From: an uncultured Candidatus Saccharibacteria bacterium
GTDB taxonomy: Bacteria; Patescibacteriota; Minisyncoccia; RBG-13-40-8-A; JAUWHN01
DNA length: 54,318 bases
Reading direction: 5' to 3'
NCBI GenBank assembly: GCA_964625995.1
Contig: CAZVDC010000001.1
Coordinates: 1 to 54,318, forward strand
The position numbers and the translations under genes are program-made. Within the stretch, counting starts at the first letter, position 1. Each line of letters starts with the position of its first letter. Below the pieces are notes generated by a model. The model was not told the origin of the DNA. It saw nothing but the letters and a program-made list of their open reading frames with translations, and did not search any database. Positions 49,245-54,318 of the stretch are shown piece by piece.

Positions 49245-50297
49245 TTATTTAGGTGGTTCTCCATAATCTGCGGGAACCAAAACATCTTTAAGTTTCTCTA
49301 TGTCTTCCAAAACTACCCCAGTTCCCCTTGCAACAGCAGTTAGGGGGTCTTCTTCTATTTTTACTGGAATTTTAGTTTCTCCTTCTATTAATTTATCTAA
49401 TTTTCTTAAAAGACTCCCGCCTCCTACCATTATAATTCCTTTGTTCATGATATCAGCAACTAATTCTGGTGGCGTATTTTCTATAGTTTCTTTTACAGCA
49501 TCTATAATCATTTTTATTGAACGAGAAAGAGCTTTTCTGATTTGAGTATCATTTATAATAATTTCTTTTGGTAAACCAGTTATTAAATCCCTGCCCTTTA
49601 CAGGAATTTCTAATTTTTCTTCCAATTCTTGAGCAGAACCAATAGCAATTTTGACTTCTTCAGCGGTTCTTTCTCCTAAAACAAGTTTAAATTCTTCTCT
49701 GGCAAAGTTTATAATGTCTTCGTTTAATTTGTCCCCAGCAATTTTTAAGGTTTTACTGGCAACTATCCCTCCCAGAGAAATTACAGCGATGTCAGTAGTT
49801 CCTCCTCCAATGTCAATAATCATATTACCCAAGGCTTCTTGGATGGGCAGTCTTGCTCCTATAGCCGCTGCCATTGCTTCTTCAATTAAATAAACTTCTT
49901 TGGCTCCAGCATTTAAAGCAGCGTCTTGAACAGCTTTTTTTTCCACTTCAGTAATCCCAGACGGAATGCCAATAACTATTCGGGGCCTGGGGAAAAGATT
50001 AAAACTTCCTTTATAAACTTTATTTATAAAATAACGAAGCATTTGTTCTGTTACTTCAAAATCTGAAACTACTCCGTCAACCAATGGTCGAGAGGCTAAA
50101 ATATGACCAGGTGTCCGTCCAACCATTCTTTTTGCTTCTTCGCCTATTGCTAAAACCTGGCCCGTTTTTTGGTTTATTGCTACTACAGAGGGTTCATTTA
50201 TAACTATTCCCCTATTCTTGACATATACAAGAGTTGTAGCTGTTCCTAAATCAATTCCTATATCTTTAAAAACTCTTCTAAAAATTTTATTTATCAT
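49245..50297 (-). CDS. mreB: rod shape-determining protein MreB
   Basis: IGIDLGTATTLVY, DIGGGTTDIAV and VGGGSLLR actin-fold motifs. Confidence 0.95.
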   Translation of the reverse strand: MINKIFRRVFKDIGIDLGTATTLVYVKNRGIVINEPSVVAINQKTGQVLAIGEEAKRMVGRTPGHILASRPLVDGVVSDFEVTEQMLRYFINKVYKGSFNLFPRPRIVIGIPSGITEVEKKAVQDAALNAGAKEVYLIEEAMAAAIGARLPIQEALGNMIIDIGGGTTDIAVISLGGIVASKTLKIAGDKLNEDIINFAREEFKLVLGERTAEEVKIAIGSAQELEEKLEIPVKGRDLITGLPKEIIINDTQIRKALSRSIKMIIDAVKETIENTPPELVADIMNKGIIMVGGGSLLRKLDKLIEGETKIPVKIEEDPLTAVARGTGVVLEDIEKLKDVLVPADYGEPPK

Positions 50298-50307
50298 AAT
50301 AATAATT

Positions 50308-51729
50308 TTAATATGCTTTAGCGAATAAAACTTTTAGATTAGATTTTCTTCCGCATTTTATACATTTACCTTTCTGTCTATCTTGATTAAAAGGAATGCA
50401 TCTTATGGTTGCCTTAGTTTGTTCCTTAATTTCTTTTTCGCATTTTGGATTACCGCACCAAAATGTTTTAATAAAGCCACCTTTATGACTAATAATATTT
50501 TTAAACTCAGAAAAAGTTTCTACTTGGTGGGTATTTTCTTTAGTAAACTTTTTAGAAGCTGTAAAAATTCTTTTTTGAATATCCTCTAAAATTTTATCAA
50601 GATTATCAACAAAGCTTTTTAAGGTCATTTCTTCTTTTTTAAGTATATCTCTAGGAACAAGCGTTATTTTTCTCTTCTTTGCTTCTTTTGGTCCTATTTC
50701 TAATCTTAAAGGTATTCCTTTTAGCTCCCATTCATTAAACTTCCATCCTGGGGTCTGTTTGTTCCAATCACTGAGACAACGTACATTCTTTTCTTTTAAT
50801 TTTTCTTCAATCTTTTTGATATAGTCCTTTACTTGGTTTTTTTCTTTGCTATTTTTCCAGATAGGCACTATTACTACCTGAAAAGGAGCAATTTTTGGAG
50901 GCAAAATCAATCCTTTGTCATCACCATGATTCATTATTATTCCTCCAATCAAACGAGTGCTGACTCCCCAACTTGTTTGCCAAACATAATTTTGTTTTCC
51001 TTTTCTATCTAGGAATTTTATTTTAAAGGCCTTTGAAAAATTTTGTCCCAAATTATGAGAGGTTCCCATTTGAAGCGCCTTTCCATCTTTCATAAGAGCT
51101 TCTAAAGTTAACGTTTTTTTGGCGCCAGCGAATTTTTCTGATTCTGTTTTAATTCCATCTTCTACATAAACAGCAAGAGTATTTTGGATAAAATTTTTAT
51201 ACATTAATAAAACTTTTTTTGCCATAGAATTTGCTTCTTTTTCTGTTGAATGAGCAGTATGTCCTTCTTGCCATAAAAATTCAAGGGTTCTTAGAAATAA
51301 GCGAGGTCTCATTTCCCACCTGACAATATTAGCCCATTGATTTATTTTCAAAGGCAGGTCCCGATATGACCGAATCCAGTTAGCAAAAACAGAATACATT
51401 ATTGTTTCAGAGGTAGGCCTAATTGCTAATCGTTCTTGTAATTTTTTATTCCCTCCATAAGTAACCCAAGCAACCTCAGGACTAAAACCTTTAATATGTT
51501 CACTTTCTTTTTTAAGATAATTCTCAGGAATAAACAAAGGAAAGTAAACATTTTTAACTCCGAGCTTTTTAATTTCCGCATCTAAAATTTTCTGGATATT
51601 TTCCCAGATTGCGTATCCGTACGGCTTAATTATCATACATCCTCGCACAGGAGAATATTCTGCCAAATCAGCTTTTAAAACGAGTTCATTATACCACTCA
51701 GCAAAATTTTGTGATTGAGAAAAAAGCAT
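50308..51729 (-). CDS. proS: proline--tRNA ligase, archaeal/eukaryote-like type
   Basis: 473 aa with no bacterial INS editing domain. Class II motifs are present, with a C-terminal zinc-binding domain (CGNPKCE..CIKCGRK) ending in Y. Confidence 0.92.
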   Translation of the reverse strand: MLFSQSQNFAEWYNELVLKADLAEYSPVRGCMIIKPYGYAIWENIQKILDAEIKKLGVKNVYFPLFIPENYLKKESEHIKGFSPEVAWVTYGGNKKLQERLAIRPTSETIMYSVFANWIRSYRDLPLKINQWANIVRWEMRPRLFLRTLEFLWQEGHTAHSTEKEANSMAKKVLLMYKNFIQNTLAVYVEDGIKTESEKFAGAKKTLTLEALMKDGKALQMGTSHNLGQNFSKAFKIKFLDRKGKQNYVWQTSWGVSTRLIGGIIMNHGDDKGLILPPKIAPFQVVIVPIWKNSKEKNQVKDYIKKIEEKLKEKNVRCLSDWNKQTPGWKFNEWELKGIPLRLEIGPKEAKKRKITLVPRDILKKEEMTLKSFVDNLDKILEDIQKRIFTASKKFTKENTHQVETFSEFKNIISHKGGFIKTFWCGNPKCEKEIKEQTKATIRCIPFNQDRQKGKCIKCGRKSNLKVLFAKAY

Positions 51730-51737
51730 ACTTTAGA

Positions 51738-52856
51738 TTAAAAAAAGTGAGCAATATCTTTTATGGTTACTAAAATCATTAAAAAGATTAAAACAGCAAA
51801 ACCAATACTATTAACCAGGTTTTCAGTTTTAGGGCTTATAGGTGAACCCTTTATTTTTTCAATAGCAAGGAATAATAATCTTCCTCCATCAAGAGCAGGA
51901 AAAGGTAAAATATTTAAAATAGCTAAATTTAAAGAAATTATTGCTATAAACTGCAATACATAAGCTAATCCCAATTTTGTCATCTGGAAGGTTAAAACCG
52001 CAATACCTACTGGACCAGTAATTCTTCCCATTGACGCGCCTTTGAGTATAAGATTTTTTATTAACTGAAAAAACAAAACAACAAACTCTACTAACAATTG
52101 ACCTGCTCTTTTAAAACCTTGCCATATAGCGGTATACCAAGGATATGAAACAGTTCCTACCTTAGCCAGAAAAATACCAATTGGTCCCTGATTTTGGGGT
52201 GGAGATATTCTTGGAACTACTTGTTTTTCCAAAATTTCTCCATTTCTTTTTATAGTTAAAACAATGCTCTCTCCAGCATGTCTGGCGATAAATTTTTGCA
52301 GGTCTTCCTCTTTTTTTATTTCTTGAATTTCATCTTTATACTTTGCTGATAAAATTGCATCGCCAATCATTAAACCAACCTGCTCTGCTGGGCTATTCGG
52401 GGAGATTTCTAAGATTTTAATTTCTATATTTTTAATAGCCCAGTTTTGAGCCAAAGAGCGTTCTTCTAATTCTTTGGTTACTATAGTTGGAGCGCCTATT
52501 TTAAAAACAAGACTTAAAAGTATTCCTGCTAAAATTATATTCATTACCACCCCCATTGTAAGCACAATAGCTCGCTGCCAGGCTGGTTTGGCCCAGAAAG
52601 TTTTTTCTTTATCTTTTATTTTTATAGATTTATCAGATTTAGTTTCTCCATAAATTTTTACAAATCCTCCAAAAGGAAGAAGGTTTAAAGAGTATAAAGT
52701 ATCTTTTATTTTTATTCCAAAAATTCTAGGAGGATAACCAAAGCCAAATTCTTCCACCTTTATTCCTGTCGCCTTAGCACTGATAAAGTGCCCTAATTCG
52801 TGGACAAAGATTAATATCCCCAGAGATAGGATCAAAATTAAAATAGAGATTATCAT
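51738..52856 (-). CDS. rseP: RIP metalloprotease RseP (M50 site-2 protease)
   Basis: HELGH at the N-terminus, a PDZ segment, and a LNILPFPALDGG motif. Confidence 0.87.
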   Translation of the reverse strand: MIISILILILSLGILIFVHELGHFISAKATGIKVEEFGFGYPPRIFGIKIKDTLYSLNLLPFGGFVKIYGETKSDKSIKIKDKEKTFWAKPAWQRAIVLTMGVVMNIILAGILLSLVFKIGAPTIVTKELEERSLAQNWAIKNIEIKILEISPNSPAEQVGLMIGDAILSAKYKDEIQEIKKEEDLQKFIARHAGESIVLTIKRNGEILEKQVVPRISPPQNQGPIGIFLAKVGTVSYPWYTAIWQGFKRAGQLLVEFVVLFFQLIKNLILKGASMGRITGPVGIAVLTFQMTKLGLAYVLQFIAIISLNLAILNILPFPALDGGRLLFLAIEKIKGSPISPKTENLVNSIGFAVLIFLMILVTIKDIAHFF

Positions 52857-52869
52857 GATTAAAATAAAA

Positions 52870-53430
52870 TTATATTGTTAATATATCCTGCTCTTTGTTT
52901 TTTTCTAACTCATTTATTTTTTTATTATATTCATCAATTAATTTTTGAAGTTCGTCCTTGGCTCTATATTTTTCATCTTCTGTTATTTCTTTTTGTTGTT
53001 CAAGCTCTTGTATTTCCTTCCAGGCCTCTTCCCTTCTTCTTCTAATAGAAATTCTTGCTTCTTCTGTTTTTTGACTTAAGACTTTTATTAGTTCTTTTCT
53101 TCTCTCTTCGCTTAATTGAGGAATGTTTATTCTTATTGTTTCACCATCAATAATAGGGTTTAAGCCAGAAGAATATGCTTCAATAGCGCTTCTTATTTCT
53201 CCTAGAATGCTTTTATCCCATGGTTGGATAATAATAACTCTAGGTTGAGGAATATTTATGTTTGCCAATTGTTTTAATGGAAATTTTTGTCCATAACAAT
53301 CAACTTTTATATCTTCAACCATAGCAGGGTTAGCTCTCCCTACTCTTATTTTCGCCAATTCTCCCTTATAATACTCAATTGTTTGGTCAAACTGAGGTTT
53401 TAATTTGTCAATAATTTCTTTATAGCTCAT
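52870..53430 (-). CDS. frr: ribosome recycling factor
   Basis: 186 aa with RVGRANPAMVEDIKVDCYG and an RRREE..KEITEDE layout. Confidence 0.95.
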   Translation of the reverse strand: MSYKEIIDKLKPQFDQTIEYYKGELAKIRVGRANPAMVEDIKVDCYGQKFPLKQLANINIPQPRVIIIQPWDKSILGEIRSAIEAYSSGLNPIIDGETIRINIPQLSEERRKELIKVLSQKTEEARISIRRRREEAWKEIQELEQQKEITEDEKYRAKDELQKLIDEYNKKINELEKNKEQDILTI

Positions 53431-53437
53431 AGACTAA

Positions 53438-54232
53438 TTAATAATTAAAATTTAGAGTTAGAAGCTCTAATGCTAATTTTTTATCAATATTTGTGTTAGT
53501 AATAAGATTTTTTATTTTTTGACTTTTAAAAAGAAGTTTTTTTAATTTTTTAGAAGCTGTTTTATCATTTTCTTTTTTGATTAAAGAGTTTCTTAGCCAA
53601 ACAATCCAGCTTTCTAACAGGTTTAAAACTTCTTTTTCATTTTTAACAATCTGTTCTATGTTTTGTGATGCTTTATAAAAAGGCATAGATAAAATTTTTA
53701 TATAATGATTTTTAATAAAGCTATCAGAGATTTCATCTACAGGTGTAGGTGGAAAATTTATTATCTGGCAACGTGATATTATTGTTTGGGGTAAAAGCGA
53801 AGGGGTGTTACTTATTAAAAAGATAATGGAATCTTTAGAGGGTTCTTCTAGGGTTTTTAACAGGGCATTTGCCGCTTCTAAACTCAAAGCCTCTGCTGGA
53901 TTAATGATTGCGATTTTGAATGGACCCCTAACCCAAGAGAGGCTTAAGAAATTCTTTAATTCGCGAATTTGGTCAATTCCGATTTCTCTTTTTCCTTCAA
54001 GGGGTTGGACTATTTTTATATCTGGATGTCGGTTTGCGTCAATATCTTTACAGGAAAGACAAGAACAATTTTTAATACTTCTTTTGTTTTGACATTGCAA
54101 AAGTTTTATAAACCAAAATAAGATTTGTTCCTTTCCGCTTCCTTTTGGTCCTTGAAACAAATAAGCATGACTGATTTTATTTTTTTCAATACTTCTTTTA
54201 AAATAATTTAAAATGTATTCCTGTCTAACCAT
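53438..54232 (-). CDS. holB: DNA polymerase III subunit delta prime
   Basis: ISHAYLFQGPKGSGKE P-loop-like N-terminus, a zinc-module-like CQNKRSIKNCSCLSC, IINPAEALSLEAANALLKTLEEP, and SRCQ (sensor). Confidence 0.8.
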   Translation of the reverse strand: MVRQEYILNYFKRSIEKNKISHAYLFQGPKGSGKEQILFWFIKLLQCQNKRSIKNCSCLSCKDIDANRHPDIKIVQPLEGKREIGIDQIRELKNFLSLSWVRGPFKIAIINPAEALSLEAANALLKTLEEPSKDSIIFLISNTPSLLPQTIISRCQIINFPPTPVDEISDSFIKNHYIKILSMPFYKASQNIEQIVKNEKEVLNLLESWIVWLRNSLIKKENDKTASKKLKKLLFKSQKIKNLITNTNIDKKLALELLTLNFNY

Positions 54233-54238
54233 ACAGAT

Positions 54239-54247
54239 ATGATATCA
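54239..54247 (-). promoter_or_regulatory. extended -10 promoter of holB (TGATATCAT), leaderless geometry
   Basis: The minus strand reads TGATATCAT-ATCTGT-ATG, with 6 nt between the -10 and the ATG at 54232. Confidence 0.5.
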
Positions 54248-54278
54248 TAATGATAACCTAATTGACAAGAAAATTTCT

Positions 54279-54318
54279 ATGTAACGAGGCCATGTAACGA
54301 AGTCTTTCCTCGTTACAT
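54279..54318. repeat. REP-like half-site plus full palindrome (TCTTT orientation) at window edge
   Basis: ATGTAACGAGG (54279-54289), CC, then ATGTAACGAAG-TCTTT-CCTCGTTACAT (54292-54318, one arm mismatch). Confidence 0.85.

Noticed and set aside
1-54318. An alternative genetic code (UGA reassigned as in SR1/Gracilibacteria or Mycoplasma), a prophage, an IS element or rRNA content.
   Set aside because: TGA terminates well-defined genes (pcm at 39559, PBP2 at 46011), and all conserved genes are intact under the standard code. I see no transposase, capsid, terminase or portal-like ORFs and no rRNA-like conserved stretches.

Overview
This is an AT-rich, gene-dense bacterial chromosome segment read with the standard genetic code; TGA clearly ends ORFs, for example pcm at 39559 and PBP2 at 46011. 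I call 52 protein genes, one SD-led mini-ORF, one interrupted zinc-ribbon ORF, one tRNA-Val(CAC) and an L10-leader-like attenuator.

Most of the content is housekeeping:
- a heat-shock locus hrcA-grpE-hsp20-dnaK with a CIRCE operator, plus dnaJ
- the tRNA ligases cysS, gltX, aspS and proS
- rplI, rpmA, rplJ-rplL and pyrG
- mraY-ftsW-murG, scpAB and uppP
- mreBCD-PBP2, rseP, frr, holB, greA and folD

Several traits fit a reduced, probably monoderm, CPR/Patescibacteria-like organism, but this is inference only. They are short proteins (HrcA 241 aa, AspRS without the GAD insert, archaeal-type ProRS), an LCP wall enzyme, and no outer-membrane biogenesis genes.

The accessory-looking part is 15.3-25.2 kb. 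It holds secreted beta-rich proteins, a GH99-like lipoprotein, a Cas4-like nuclease next to a tyrosine recombinase, an M23 peptidase, a wHTH/Cas2-fold protein and long ORF-free repeat tracts.

The main non-genic signals are:
1. A dispersed 10-5-10 palindrome family (TGTAACGAGG-AAAGA-CCTCGTTACA) at 10 or more intergenic sites. Two expanded copies carry nested GC-rich mini-hairpins.
2. Modular CTAAT-based low-complexity tracts next to those palindromes.
3. A convergent gene-orientation switch at about 25 kb. It coincides with a 36-bp perfect-arm palindrome whose degenerate direct copy lies 725 bp upstream, so the pair brackets the wHTH/Cas2-fold gene. It also coincides with 21-bp iteron-like repeats and GTGGTAAATAG boxes.
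4. Extended -10 promoters placed 6-7 nt from the ATG, implying leaderless mRNAs, at four genes.
5. An 893-aa protein with two metallophosphoesterase-like halves, the first split by a coiled coil.

I saw no rRNA, CRISPR array, transposase or prophage genes. All coordinates were counted by hand, and no folding, alignment or database search was possible.
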